A stretch of DNA of 62,957 bases from Folioceros fuciformis (GCA_049999805.1 JBNGIO010006382.1:508214-571170); one strand, 5' to 3'; shown: positions 42,956 through 57,229, counted from the first letter of the stretch. Numbers and translations are program-made. Notes: a model not told the origin generated them from the letters alone.

Positions 42956-44155
42956 ATGGAGTTTTTCGAGAAGGCCAAGTCGGTGCGGCTGAGGAATGGT
43001 CATGGCAAGTTTCTGCGCGCCGGGAAAGATCAGCTGTCGGTGGTTCAGGATAGGGAAGGCACGGGGGAGGATAGCGTGTGGGAAGTAGAGGTGTTGAAGA
43101 AGGGAGGGAAGCTTGTCCGGTTCAAGAGCTGCTATAACTGTTACTTGAGAGCCATGAGTGCCGCATTCATGATAGGAGTGACCGGAAAGAAGGTGCAGCA
43201 GGGAAGGCCGTATAAGCTGGATCGCTCCGTGGAGTGGGAGCCGGTGAAGGAGGGGGACATCTATGTGAAGATCAAATCGTATGTCGGAACTTTCCTTAGG
43301 AGTAACCATGCAGTTCCTCCGTGGAGGAACTCCGTCACGCACGATGTGCCGATCACGCTGCGGGAGCTGGTGCTGTGGGAAGTGCAGATTGTTGAAAACG
43401 TGCCTCTTGTGAATCCCAGTTTGGAGGTAAGGGGATGCCGGACTCCTGTAGCTACCTACCGCCTGTTTCTGCCGAGGTTGCCCTAGTTTGAACGTGTGGG
43501 AGCGTGGTTATCGTCGTTTTGCAGGTATTGTACAGCAAAGTCCCTTCTCCTCGAGCAGTCCGTCTGGTGTACTACACCCTCTGTGATGATAGTGGGAAAC
43601 CGATAGATCATGGTGACGACGTGTGGCCTCAACTCAATTTCAAAGGAAACTCTGTGGGGGAATTGGCGCTTAAGGTGAAGCAAGAGATCGAATCCAGGGA
43701 TGATGTTATCTTGTGTTCCAAGGGTTCGGCTGGATCTCTGCGTCCGCTGCGCCTGGCATTGCCGCCGCAGAATGCTCCCATGCATGTGTTTGTGGTGAAG
43801 GCTTCTTCTCCTGGTGAGTTTGCCCCCCTGACGGTGTCTGCCTTTTTAAAAGACAGAAGCTGTTGATACCGTCAGAGTGCTCAAGCTCACGAGGATGCTT
43901 TTTTTTTTTTTTTACAATGCAGCTGGCCAGAAGCTACTCGCGCTTGAGCACGACACTGAAGAGGATGAGGAAGCTGTCAATGGTGAAGCTGAGGCCAAAG
44001 ACGAGGACCCTGACTACTATTCCAACGAAGATGGAGCCGAGTCTGTCCTCTCCGATAGTCTGGAATCCAGACACGAAGGTGACAGCAGCAGCAGACACAG
44101 CTCCGCATCCAGTGGACCTCTGGCTGTGGGCACTGGCGACATTTCCGGCCGTTAA
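42956..44155 (+). CDS. DUF569 (actin-crosslinking-like beta-trefoil) protein; join(42956..43426,43525..43813,43923..44155), 330 aa
   Basis: MEFFEKAKSVRLR..HGKFLRA, PPWRNSVTHD, LWEV, C-terminal RLVYY..FKGNSV..L..LRLALPP; acidic tail. Confidence 0.9.
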
Positions 44156-45195
44156 AGCCGTGGCGCTTATCTCGCTCACTCTCCCTGCACCTGGTACTCA
44201 TTTTTTGTTCACGCAGCTGGTCATACTGTAGAGGAGAAGTGTGCGGGCGTCTCACTATCCCTGTTCTCCCTGCCGCATGACTTGTACAGCCAGCCGAGAA
44301 GGTGACCTCATCTTTCTGTATGTATGTATGTACACAAGCCTTAGGTTAGGTTTAGGTGATGAATCCAGCATCCAGCAGAGACTGGCGCCAGCATAGCCAG
44401 GACTGGATGTAATCATCTAATTGTACTCAGCATAAAATGATAAAAAAGGCCTGACGAATGCGGAGTATATTTGGTCAATGAGGCTACACACCTACTACCT
44501 ACCTTTACTGTGTTGTTGACGCCTAACGTTCCTGTGGCCCAGTACGACCGAATGCTCGTACATATCCTGCAAATCGTGCAGCCCGTTGTTGCAACGAATT
44601 AGCACGCCGATGCCGATAACTTATGGCTATGCAGCCCAACCACCATCATCATCGTGTGCAGAGCAAGAAGAAACCTGTCCTCGGCTGCCGCCATATCGCA
44701 CCTGTATCGAGGTTCTGTTAAAAGCATTGCTATCCTCTCGCATCGGTCCTCGTGACTTAACGGACGGCCAGGAACCGGACAGCAGCGACGCAGCCCGTTG
44801 TGCATGCCGCACCGGGCTGTCGCAGCTACTGCGACCTCTCGCAAGTGAAATCGTTGGAGACATATGGGACACAATCGTAGCGGCCTCATTGGCTACCTGC
44901 TATCTTGGTTTCTTGGTGATCGTCCTGGACTCTTGTGCCGTCTGGAGTTCCCTCGTCTCGGACTTAGCATCGTTGTTCGCACATTTCTGGAAATTTCGAC
45001 GTATGCCAGGTGGCCTTCGGAATCGTGGATCCGTCGGCGTCATCGATCCAAACACCTGCAGGGCGTACGCTACTGTTGAACATCTTCCTTGTGCATGCTT
45101 CCAAATTGAGCCGTCGTTCAAACACGTCATCGGGCAAATTTTGCGACTTCCTCTTATTTGAGGCGGCTCGCTGCGGGCTGCGACCGGGAGAAAAG

Positions 45196-48100
45196 ATGGA
45201 GAGCGTAATTCCCTTCCGAGGGATCCTCCAAGATTTGAGAGGCAGGCTCCCGTGCTACAAGGAGGATTGGAAAATCGGAATCCTCTCTGGCATCAGGTCC
45301 CTTCTGCTGCGTCCCCCAATCTATGTCCCGCTCAATCTTTTGGTGCGCAAGAACATTGAGAGCACGGAAGCGTCTGTGCATGCAGGATTTTGGCTCCGAT
45401 CTCGTACATATTTTTTGCATCAGCAATCCCCGTGCTCGCTTTTGGGGAGCAACTGCGGAGGGACACAGGTGGGTGCTGATATCTGGAGCTTATGCTCTCT
45501 GTCCAGTATCTCGTGTCTGTAGCGTGCACCAGCATTTGGACAAATGCACCCAGTGTTGGAATTTCAGATGGGATCTTGACTCCTGTGCAAACGCTCGCCT
45601 CCACGTCCCTTTGCGGAATCGTGCATTCCATCATCGGAGGGCAGCCTTTGCTAATCTTGGGCGTGGCCGAGCCTACAGTCTTGATGTACACTTTTATGTT
45701 TCACTTCGCCAAGAACAAAGCAGAGATTGGGCCCAGTCTTTTCCTGGCCTGGACTGCCTGGTACCTATTCCCCGAGCCCCGTTGGAGGTGGAACTGATAG
45801 CGTTGTTGTTTTCTGCCACCTATTATTTCTCTGGGACCTCAGACAGCTCGTCTGTCTCTAGGGTCTGCGTCTGGACATCTTTGATATTGTTCGCTTTTGC
45901 AATATTGGGAGCCTGCTCCTTCATAAACCGGTTCACAAGAGTAGCTGGGGAGCTTTTTGGACTGCTTATTGGTCTACTCTTTGTCCAGCAGGCGGTAAAG
46001 GTAAGGTTCCCGTAATCTCGTCTCGGCTGACATGTTTTACTTCTTCGTTGCGGCAACAATAGCTCTCAGAAATTGAACCCTTTCACGCGGGTTGCTTTGC
46101 AGGGACTGGTCAACGAATTTCGAGTACCCAAGCACGCAAATCCTGGAGAGGAAGCCTATCAACTTTCTTGGAGATTTGGCAACGGGCTGTTCGGACTTGT
46201 ACTATCTTTTGGACTCCTGTTTACTGCCCTGAAAAGTAGGCAGGCACGGAGATGGTGTTTCGGAACCAGTAAGGACGAGCTCGAACAATCTTGTGGCTAC
46301 TTTCCGGCACGGTGCTGGTGCTGACCTGCTGATACTTCGTCATTTTGTCACAATACTTATGCACCATTTGTAAAGGTAGACTGCGAAATTTCGTCGCTGA
46401 TTACGGAGTACCGCTCATGGTTGTCATCTGGACTCTCGTGTCCTATGCCCCTGCACAATCTGTTCCCAAGGCCATCCCAAGACGTCTTGAGTGCCCGAAT
46501 CCTTGGTCAGCGGGTGCATACAAGAGCTGGACGGTCATTACGGTTAGCAAACAACATCCTGTTTCATTGTGGAAGATTCTCATATTTGCTACTTTCTGGA
46601 CGATTCGCATACGAATACTATCTGTGCGTCTTAGCCAGCTGCTTGCATCTATTGCCAGGAAATGGGACAGTTGCCGGCAGCATATATTTTTGCTGCCATC
46701 GTTCCAGCTATCATGGTTGCAATTCTGTATTATTTTGATCACAGTGTAGTGGCCCAATTGGCTCAACAAGAGGACTTTAATCTGCGGAATCCATCATCAT
46801 ACCACTGGGACCTGTTTCTTCTTGGCTGGCTGGTACGTGGCTGCACAGTATTATAACATAAGCTGGAGACTTTGCCGAGAGTTAAGCAGCTATCCTCCCA
46901 ATCCGACTGTGTTGACTTTGGATGTGGAGGCATCCTGCTGTGGATATAGCTAATCTAACCACTGATAGTATGACACAGGTTCTTGTTTGTGGGCTTCTGG
47001 GAATTCCCCCATCGAACGGCGTGCTGCCACAGTCTCCAATGCACACGAAGAGCCTTGCTGTTCTCAAACAACAGGTGGGTTGAGTAATCTCATAATAGTG
47101 CCTTACCAATGTACTCTGTTATTTGTGTAAGGCTCCAGACTAAATGTGAAAGTGTCTCACCCGTTGGGCCGTATGTTTATGATGCATGATCTCTCAGATG
47201 ACACGAAGGAAGCTGATAAGTGCAGCTAAGAAAAGCATAAACCAACAGGTCACAGTGGAAGAGATGTGCAACAGGATACAAGATATTTATCATCAAATTG
47301 GAACGACTTTTGTGTACCCTTCGTCACGAGTATTAAGTCAACCTCACCACCACCATTTGTCTTGTACGTCCTGCAGCATGACTAAAATCAGAACTTACAA
47401 CCACCTTCTGTCGTGCAAATGGCATTGACAGAGTTCCAGGAGAAATTGTCCAAGCTGGCCTCACAGAAAGACAAACTAGGTTCTATGGTGAGTGAGAGTG
47501 TCTTTGATCCAGAAGTAGATGTTGACATGCTGCTTCCAATGGAGGTTCAAGAACAGCGTGTCAGCAATTTGGCACAAGCAATTCTGGTTGGGGGATGTAT
47601 TGCGGCCATGCCTTTGATACGAAGAATTCCATCTTCCGTGCTTTGGGGATACTTTGCTTTCATGGCAATAGATAGTTTGCCTGGAAACCAGTTTTGGGAG
47701 AGGATATTACAGCTCTTCGTGGATCCAAGCCGACGCTTCAAGTAAGTCGACACCACTTTATTTTTCTGTAAGTTGTTAGGCCAACTGCTGGTGCAATTGT
47801 AACGGTTGCATGCTGCACAAGTACTAAATGGCTTCTAAACTTGGCTTTGTAGGGTCCTGTCACAACCACACGCATCATATGTGGAGAAAGTTCCTTTGAA
47901 GATTTTGTCCACCTTCACCATTTTCCAACTCTTTTACCTGTGTGTCTGCTTTGGAGTGACATGGATACCCACAGTGGGCATCATGTTTCCTCTGGTCGTC
48001 ATGCTTCTCGTACCCATCAGGCAATACGTCTTGCCGAAACTCTTTAATCCCAAGTCTCTTCAAGAGTTAGATGCTGCAGCTTACGAGGAGGTCCCTGCTG

Positions 48101-48381
48101 TTCCATCTCTGGCGGTATGTTTCTGCCTCGTTCCCACGGGATTTACGTCATGTATGATTGGTGAGATGCTGATGGTTAGATGAGTGGTGCAGGTAGGTGG
48201 AGCATTGTACCGCGAAAGTAACCTAGAGGCTGAAGTGTTCGATGAAATCACAACAAGCAGAAGTCAAGCATTGATCCTCTGTGGAACTAGGTGCTGGCAA
48301 GATCAAGCTCTCGCCCCTTGCAGTGACACTCAATCAAACTCAACTTCAACCAGGCACACCGACAAGACAACCACTGATTAA
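45196..48381 (+). CDS. BOR1: Borate exporter, BOR1-like (SLC4/HCO3- transporter family), multi-exon
   Basis: [105 protein letters not shown]. Confidence 0.95.
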
Positions 48382-48728
48382 TCATCATCGTGAAGTACGA
48401 GACGTGTGTAGCCGGTGAAAGAGTGTAGCAAGTGCACACTTCGGTGGCCAACAATTGGGCACAAATGTGGTGTGCACATACATTCGAGACTTTGAGATCA
48501 GAAGAAAGGTTTGAATAACCATAGATACTACATGTTAGATCAACCAGTGCATACCAGTTGGCTGTCCCTGCTGGATCAACGTCCGATATCTTCCGCGTCA
48601 CCTCTAAAAAAAATTTTGAAGTTCCTCAAAGACGCTTGAGATGACAAAGTTGAGCAGAAACTTGGGGTCTACCTACGCACTAACCCAATTCACAGCGAAC
48701 CTGCTCCTCCTAAGTAGGAAATGGGGGA

Positions 48729-49258
48729 CTATGCTAGGAACCCCAACTTCTCCCCATTCTTCTTGGCCAGTCTAATCAGACCCTGTCTTTGTTTGGAATC
48801 AGCCCCAATCTGCTTGCAGAACTCAGTGATAACCTGCTCGAAAAACCCATGGAAAGTGTGAGAATCGTTTATTGCACCCCTCCATTACGACCAGAGACTA
48901 CTGACCGCAGCAAAACGCTGAAAGGCATGCAATCAATCCCAAACACGCGCCTGAATTGTACCTGAGAGTGCAGCGCAATGCCTTTGCCCCGGAACTGGTT
49001 GAACCTCTTAGTGCCAACGATGTTGCGGGTCAAAATAACAAGGGGCGCAAAGATGCCATCCCGGCTGGCTCCAGGCCCCATTCTAGGCTGCGCCCTGACA
49101 GGCCTGCAAACGTGCATTCTCTGCACGAAAGCTGAGCTGAGCTGAGCTGCTCCGCTCCCTCGCATCGACGACTCCCATGTGCCGCGCATTTCCGAGGTCG
49201 GCAGAGTCGAGCTGCGTGCACAACATACCACGGCGGAGGTGGCGGTCATGGCAGCCAT
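48729..49258 (-). CDS. PGR5: PROTON GRADIENT REGULATION 5; complement(join(48729..48833,48962..49258)), 133 aa
   Basis: GIFAPLVILTRNIVGTKRFNQFRGKGIALHSQ|VITEFCKQIGADSKQRQGLIRLAKKNGEKLGFLA. Confidence 0.97.
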
Positions 49259-50935
49259 GGAGGAGTGGACAGCCCTGAGGGCAAAGCGGCAGCAGCAATT
49301 GTTCTCTGGCCTCTGCAACTCGCGCGCCTCTAGAAGCAAATGTAAACGCTCTGTCCGCCCATTAACGGGGGGCGGAGAGCAGTTTCTGCATTTTGTGACG
49401 CCCCCGCCGCCACGTCGGCATTCTCGCATCCGTCCCTTCTCCAACGTGCCCTTCTACGCATTTTCGACTCGGTGGCCTATGTACCTAGCTACGTACTGTT
49501 ACACTCTACATGGATTCGATGTGCTAAATATTGTGTGAATCATCAAGTAACTACAACCAACACAACCGTAACATACAGTTTAGTATTTTCAACCTAATGG
49601 ACATGACCGGATCGGTAATGTGCAGTCATTGGAGCGTCCCATCTAGCCATCAATACTAACATAGACCGTTTTTCTTTCAAACACCATAATTGCAGCATGG
49701 TAGAGATCTTGAAGGGTAATCTATAGAAATTCATGATAAGACTATCAAAGAATAGAAGTGGAGGCCCCAATGGGTCTAAAGGTGCATAGGGTTAGGACAA
49801 GTTAGCCACATCCTACTTTGTAAGAGTTAGATTTCTCTCCCTATGTTTTCATGCGGATGTTGCAGGAACCATTTTGTTAAGAATGAGGTTCTATTTTTGC
49901 TTCATTTGCTTGTTTCCCTAAACATAAAACTTGTAGACCTTGGAAATGAATAACAACACTCCTCATCTTTGGTTCACTTAGTGCATCCGAACCCCTCAAG
50001 CTTAAGGAATCAGTTTAAATTGCTTGAATACAAACTATATGACTCTCGAATTGTTGTGCATAGACAAAAATGACACAGAATAGTGTGTCATTGCAAAGCA
50101 TGGACAACACTTCTTGAAGACCTAAGTACCTAGATCCTACCCTTGCTCGATTGTAATGCAAAATGCCCTATAGCACGAAGTCTGCAACAATGCCGGAACG
50201 AGAATAGAGAGTTTCCTACATGACCTAGGTTGTGGACCCAAGGCTTCATGCACATATGTGGGAAAGAAAACATGACCAAGGTTGTGGACCAATAAGAAAG
50301 AATGTTATGTGTTTGTGATGGACCACACAAAGAATCTTCATTGTTTCTGATGGGTCCACAACCTTGGTGATGTTAGGAGAGGAAAAACATCTACAGAGTA
50401 CGGCAATACATGAGGTGATGTGGAACCCTAAAACACATATGTAAGCAGGAGAACAATATTTTCTATGATTGAAAAAGAGATGGAAAGTCCCATCTACTCC
50501 AAACATGGGAGGAACAACCCCATTAGGGCCAAAAGGCAAAAAGAACATGCCCTAGAACATGATTGAGACATATGTCATACATATTGATATAGAACTCCAA
50601 TATTTACAGTTTCTTTTTATGTTAAATTTTTTTAATTCAATTTGATGACAGTAGGAATAACAGATCACAAGGAGAAGGAGAAGGGGAGACACTGCTAACC
50701 ATCCTTTTGCTCCGCTCATGGACTCAAAATGGGAGGGACCTTAGCTTCATTTTGGTCCTACTTAGCTAAGTAGGAGGATTTTGCGGTCAATAAAGTTGGT
50801 CATCTGGTCTATCTGACAGAAAGAAACACAATTCTTCAGAGAATCTCACGTAATGAAAGACTAGGTTCGAAGCTCAGTCGGAGAACATAAATGATCAAAT
50901 GACCAGCAGTTCAGAACTCGAGATGCACTCGCTGG

Positions 50936-51488
50936 CTAGTCATCGTATGAGATATGCGGGGACGTTTGGCAGCCAGTGTTGAAGGTATCTCTGCTGCCGC
51001 AGCAGTGCCAATATTGAACGATCTGACCGGAGCCCGGAGTGTCCATGGTGCCTCCTGTATACACGCTCTCAAATTTGCGTTTGGTTTCACCTGAGCACAA
51101 GCAGACAGTAGCTAGAGGATAGGAAATCGTCCTCTGAAAACCTGCAACTCATAGGCACGTCTTGCAATTACCTCCAAAGTGTGCTGGATGATACTGGCAA
51201 GAACTTGGGTGGTTTTGCAAAGGGTCGTATTGTCGTTTACAGTTTCGGCAAGTCCTGAGAACTGCAGCTGGTTGCTGTTGTGCGGATGCTCCGCAGCTGC
51301 TTGCTGCACAAACAAACATTGATCGTGCTTCCTTGAGCGCAAGAGTACGCAGCCCGAACGAATCTTAGCTTGACAGGAGCGAGCGTAGACGTACTGGGTT
51401 GAAGCCGCAGCGGCTGGCGCAGCAGCAACCAAGAACTGGTGCAGCTCACCGCAGGCGCCACGGGCGCGAATACAGCCTGACCAAACAT
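50936..51488 (-). CDS. Small conserved Cys/His zinc-motif protein; complement(join(50936..51090,51172..51303,51395..51488)), 126 aa
   Basis: Three GT-AG phase-1 exons give RTCRNCKRQYDPLQNHPSSCQYHPAHFGGETKRKFESVYTGGTMDTPGSGQIVQYWHCCGSRDTFNTGCQTSPHISYDD; transit-peptide-like N-terminus. Confidence 0.88.
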
Positions 51489-51947
51489 CCTGCTCACTCG
51501 CTTTCTCCAGACGTCGAAAGCAGAATGCCAAAACGTTCACTGGTAACACTGGCCACCGTTGGTGTTAGGAGGCGATTACACTGTGGTGGAGCAGCAATAG
51601 AGGTGGTGGAATTTGGGTTGAATGGACCGACCGCCTGTCCGGAAGGGTGGGAAAATGGTATCAGGTCTCTCTAATGGGTGCTTTAAGTAGCTGATTGCAA
51701 ACGACAGCAGTGACAGTTATGTTTAACTGCAGATTCCCGTGACCAGGACAATCGAACTTCCAAGATCTCTTGGGTGGCCTCCACAGCTGGAGGAGGGGGC
51801 AAACGTGAGATTGTGTCTGTTGAAGTTTTGTGTAAGTACAGGATGTACTGGGTTTGCCAGACTTGGCCCTGATGTGTTTGGGTTGCGATCAGGAGCACCC
51901 GGGAATGAGCTGATGAGCCAGCGTCAGGTATTGCATAAGGCACAAGT

Positions 51948-54900
51948 ATGCCGAAGAAATCATCGAAGAAGAAGGAAAAGTTGCGGGACCTGGATGTGGG
52001 TGAGGATGAAGGAGTGGAAGTGGGAATCGAGGACAGCATTCGCCGCTGCGAGGCTCTTCTTGCTTGCAAACCCTTGTCTTTCATGCCAGGCTCCTCCACG
52101 GATGCCAAAAGTATGTCGGCTTGTGCCCTTCCAGGCGGTTTGGAATATCACTGGTCGTTTGGCTGGCTTGCTGACTGAAGACTGTGAGAGCTTTGAAGGA
52201 GCTCATTGTGCTGCCTGTGCCTCAAACCACATTGCTTTGGTGCTGTAGGACAAGTGAGAGCAACGTAGTTGCGAGGCATGGCATTTGTTGAGCATGACGG
52301 TCTTCTTCGGTTTCTAAACGAGTTTGATGAGGACGATGGATTTTGACCGTGCCTTTTTCCTGCTTGTCACGTTTCACAGCTGCACACCTCAAGCCACGGA
52401 GAAACCTTGCCAGATTGAAGATGGAGAAAGCCAAACAAATTGTTGACATTGATGTTCAACCGGGGGCATGCATCCATGCTCCTGATGACTGTGAGTGGAA
52501 CAAGAACATGGGATTGCTTAGCCAGACTTCCAAGAAGGGTAGAGGAGTTTGCTTGAAGGATGAAGTTACCTGCCCAAGGAGCGGTGTTAGGGTGTTGACC
52601 ATAAAGACAATCCCGGTGGAGAATGAAAACATCAGTGTCACTAAGTCACACTTCCTGTCATTCCAGTGCGGTAGTAGCCCTGAAGGCAAGGATCGAGGCT
52701 CCTCAAGGTTGCTAACTTTTGGCTCTGGTTCGTCCTGCTTCGGGGGATCGCCACGGAGGAGAGCACCGGACGGAGGAGACTTTGAAACATCTAGTAATTC
52801 TAGCTCAAGGATTGGGGGAATTACTCTGCAGAATTTTCCAATGCCTGGGGAGATCACGAGCCAGAGCACTACTTTGGACATCATTAACATGGCAACTAAG
52901 AAAGGAACATTAAGGAAGAGAGTGTCATGTTTACCCTTCTGTGGAGTGCCAGGTGCGGATGACTCCAGTAGTTCTGACGACTGGACCCTGGATGGTTCAT
53001 CCCGCGCAGGAGTTTCATCACAAAAGAGTTGTGACCCACAGGATAAAACCGTGGATGTCAAGTGGACATCTGAGAAGAGTGCTCTGAAAGCTGTCAAGGT
53101 ACGTTACTCAGAGTTCAGTACAAACAGCATACAACACTGTTTGCTTGCAAGAAAGCCTGAGTTGGGTATTTCTTGTGACTTGTGAAGGATGGTGTGGAAT
53201 TTCATTTGGAAAAAGAGTATCACATGGACATGAATCAGCAATCAGAGACCACTTGTATGTCATTCTCTACGGTGATAGGCCGGACAGCTTCTGCAACGTG
53301 GAAATCCTGCATAGGTAGTGACTGCCAAGCAGAGAAAGATGGAGGTGAACGTGGTTGGGGAGGAGTTGGTTGTGGAGGAGGAGTTGGTCGTGGGGGAGGA
53401 GGTGGTGGTGGTGACGGAGGTGATGATGATAGTGGTGGCAAAGGTGACGTTGGGGATGGTGATGATGAGCAAAAAGGCTTTGGGACATGGAAACCACTGG
53501 ACCCCACGTATGCAAGTTCTATATTCTTGCCCTTTTAGTGTTCCAGCATGTCTTCGACCACCCATGACTGGCTTAACTGCATACAGAGATCAATTCGGAT
53601 GCAACCTGCACAGTGGACATGGAGATAGGGAGCCCAACCCCTTGAGATGCACCTGTAAGATACATGTTGCTCGTAGCAAGCGACAATCAAAGGGAGACCG
53701 ATGCAGTAGAAGTGTACCCAAAGAGTGGATCATGGTATTTGCACGTTGAAGGTTCCCTTGTGTCATTTCCTAGTTTTACATGGATGTTGCACCCACGGTT
53801 AAGAACCGTATGCGTGGAATATGCAGGGTCCGGGATACAAGAAATATGAAACAGTTGTCATCAGGGAGAGGCTAAGTGGAGAGGTGTGGATTCTCCCTTC
53901 GTCAATTTTCTGCTGTGGTTGATCTTTGCCTCATTTTGATGTATCTAGTCAAGGCTGAAATGACTGAAGCCTCACACCTGTTCAACGCACAGGAGAGGAT
54001 TAAGTATCTAGCAACTCCTAGAACTGATATGTACAAAAAGTTTGCTCAGCTGAAAGAAGCTTTGGACAACCAAGAATTTCTGAATGAATGCTCTTTCAAG
54101 GTAATTCACTGTGTGCGCTATGTCCTTCAACTACAACCTACTTCATGTCTCATGGTCGCAGAGGACGTAATTGATTGCCTCCGCTTTGCACTTCGAACAG
54201 CCCAAAATTGTTAATGACTACAGAGGGGGAATAGGAAGTCCCAGGCCAATGCTGGAGAGGGCTGGAAACTTGCAAAAGGTCATGGAAGAAAGGAAACGTG
54301 TAAGAAATCTGCTACTCATTGTGGATGTATACCTGCCGTTTGGACATTGTTTTGTTGTATTGACCAAAATTGGTCTGCATCTTGCAGGCTAGAATGGTGA
54401 ACGAGAAAGAGGCAATGGACATGCTTTCTTTCTGGCCACAAACAAACACGGAGTATGATCACGTCCCTTACCAACCTATACACGAGCGAACAGAGGACTG
54501 GCAGGTCCCAATTTCTCTGAGACAAAACTAGAATTGATTTGTCATTCCCTTCGTATCACCCATGGACTGAACCAAACCATTGAATCTCACTTAGCAAAGG
54601 AGAATGGAACGACTGGAGCTCATGAGGAAAAGAACTGACATTGCAGCTGGATGCACATTTCACCCTCAGATCAACCGGAGATCAATTCGACTGTTTAAGC
54701 AGGTTTGTACTGTGTAGAAAATACTTGGCCGAGCATTGGTGGTCCAGGATGCTTCTCCGTTGTAACATCATGAGAACTGCGGGATAGGCTCTTGGCCTAA
54801 TCTTGGCTGAATTGTGGCGGTCCCTTGTAATAATACTGCAGCGAGGGTATCGGCACATCACCTTCCAAGATCGTCTTTTACGAGATGTACGGCCTTCTGT

Positions 54901-57229
54901 GCATGAGGAGTGCAAAAGCCACAAAGGGGTAAGCGTCCTCCTCATCCGTTTCCCACCCTAGTACTTCGCGGGAGTGCCAAACCTGCTTTGATTTCTGGTC
55001 ATCAGGAATGTTACACGAATGGGAAATATCAATGCACATTCGCCCCAGTTATCAACAAGAACACGAATGAAATTGTCTGGAAATCTAAGGAGTACGGCTC
55101 TTGCCCAGATTTCTTCTCTCGGCAGCGAAGATTTGTAGAGAGTCATGACAAGGTAGGTGGGCGGATAAGGAGTTCCTGGCCGAATTGAACGAACTTCTCT
55201 GTAGACTATCTCGAGAGGAAGAGTCTAAGCTGCCTCTGACATACGAGTAACTTGTTTGCACGCATGGGCCAACAGAAGGTGAAGGAAAAGGAACAGCTTC
55301 CAAAGGATGCAACCTTCACTCCAAAAATAAGTGATTGTGATGCTATTCTCAGAAAATCAACAAATCATCTACATATGATGGGAGAAGGTCCTACACAAAG
55401 GTGGGAAAGGCTGTCTGTTCGTGATAAGGACAACCATGATCAACACCTCCAGACAATCGCTGTGAGATTCGTACTTTTGCCGGAAGTTGGAACACCTTTG
55501 TCACCAGGCTCCGTTTCATTTCTCTAGGTCAGGGCAGGGCATGAGGGCCAGGGCATATGCATTTCTATGCCACGTGTGCTTAGAGGCATATATATGTACG
55601 GGCAATGTTGCAGGCACGAGTGCAGAAACCGAGAGAACAGATTATCATAGAAAATTGTGTTGAAGGTGGTGGAGCTTGATCGTCCTCATACATGCATGCA
55701 CAAAGTTGCTGAAAAGTGCTATTTTCTGGTTCGAGGAGTTTTGATGTGCTTCTGGTTACAAGCAGGATGCTGTGGATTCAAAGTTCAAATATCGTCCAGA
55801 GATAGACGAGGTTTCTCGACTCCTAGGGAGACAACCTACCATTGACTTGCTGCACAAGGTGTGATTTGTTGGGCCATGCCTCAAGGTTTTTCTATCCTAC
55901 TTGAATCCTGTATCTGGCATGTCTTAACGGCAAGAGTATTATGAATCAGTAATTGGTAGACGTGGATGACATGCAGTCTTGGGAAATGGTTGCAGAATGA
56001 GAAGGCCACAAGGAAGAAAGCAGGCCTGATGTTAGCTGCTAAAGCAGCTTTCGATGAAAAGTTCTCATTCCAACCTCAGGTTCGCAGCCTCTACTTGCTC
56101 CAGGCGGAGAAGCATGTCATTGAATGTATGTCCTGTCCCCGGCAAGGAACTTGTGCAGAGGAGCATCGTTAGCTGTGTAGCTCACACGTGTATTCCTCGT
56201 AGATGAATCCTTCGTCTCTGCGGGTTATCAAAGACAGGAAAACCATGGAGATGGTTCGTCTGCGACGACATTGCCACAGAGAGGCATGCCTCTGTTCTCC
56301 ATTGCAGACGGTGAAAATGTAATAACTCAGTCAAAGGAGTCAAGTCTACAGTCTCACATTCACTCCATCGTTTATCAGGAGAAAGCCAGGAGGCAGAGGC
56401 TCGCCAGGGTATTAAAGGAATTGCAGGAAGTTCGAGAATGCACATTCCAACCTATAATCAACTCTGCACCTCGAATCAGGAGAAGGTTTGTGGTAATCAA
56501 AGGGTTGGAGAGGCACCTGGAACTTCAGCGCATAGCAAAGCAAATGAAGCGGGAGCAAGACGAGCTGGAGAAAAAGCTTTTCATGACACATGTGGGTTCC
56601 TTTCTCTGACTTAAGGTTTTTGGTTGCTCTCTTTCCGAGAGAAGCAGTTCACCTGCATGAATGCATCAAAGCCAAGCGCGCGAGACATTAACTTTTTCTT
56701 GGTTTTGTTCCAGGCAATCGCTTTCCCTGCCAGACAGTACACCATACCTAAGCCGTTTGTATTCCACACACAGCTGAAGAGCCAAAAATATAGTACCAGA
56801 CACAGTCCTGACGGTCATTCCACGAGTGACGGATGTATTTTGGGTTGTAAGCAAGGCAGCTGTGCATTGGACTTGGGATCTGATTGCGCGGCAGACGACG
56901 ACGTCACGAGAAAGTTTGAACAGTTCCGAAGAAACAGCGTGCGGAGAGAGAGTGCCTTGCTTGACAAACTACAATATCTGGAGGCGAAACATGGCAGCAT
57001 GGGAGTCGCTCACCAAGACGACTGGAGTGATGGAATGCTCAGCGCCGATGAAAGCTTGACGAAGTATGGCCAGACCGACACTGCTGAGTTTGAAATAGAG
57101 GAAGCCAAGGCCGAGGCGTCCACAAGCGTCTCAAGACGAGGCAACGGGGGCAACAGAGGCAACGGTCACAACCGCAACGGAGGCAACCGAGGCCAAACAG
57201 GACGCGATAGGAAAGTTTACGCGATCTAG
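51948..57229 (+). CDS. Large multi-exon protein of unknown function with ~8 (C)TFxPxI(N) repeats and a C-terminal TxPKPF motif
   Basis: ECSFK|PKIVN, CFSFWPQT, GCTFHPQIN, QCTFAPVIN, ATFTPKIS, FKYRPEID, FSFQPQ|MN, ECTFQPIIN, YTIPKPFVFHT in exons flanked by GT-AG; exact model uncertain. Confidence 0.7.

Noticed and set aside
44407-44412. ATG-TAA minimal uORF (boron-sensing type) upstream of BOR
   Set aside because: ~790 bp upstream and probably within the DUF569 3' UTR; a 6-mer is expected by chance
44586-45161. 191-codon ORF before BOR
   Set aside because: No recognisable motifs; likely promoter or 5' UTR sequence
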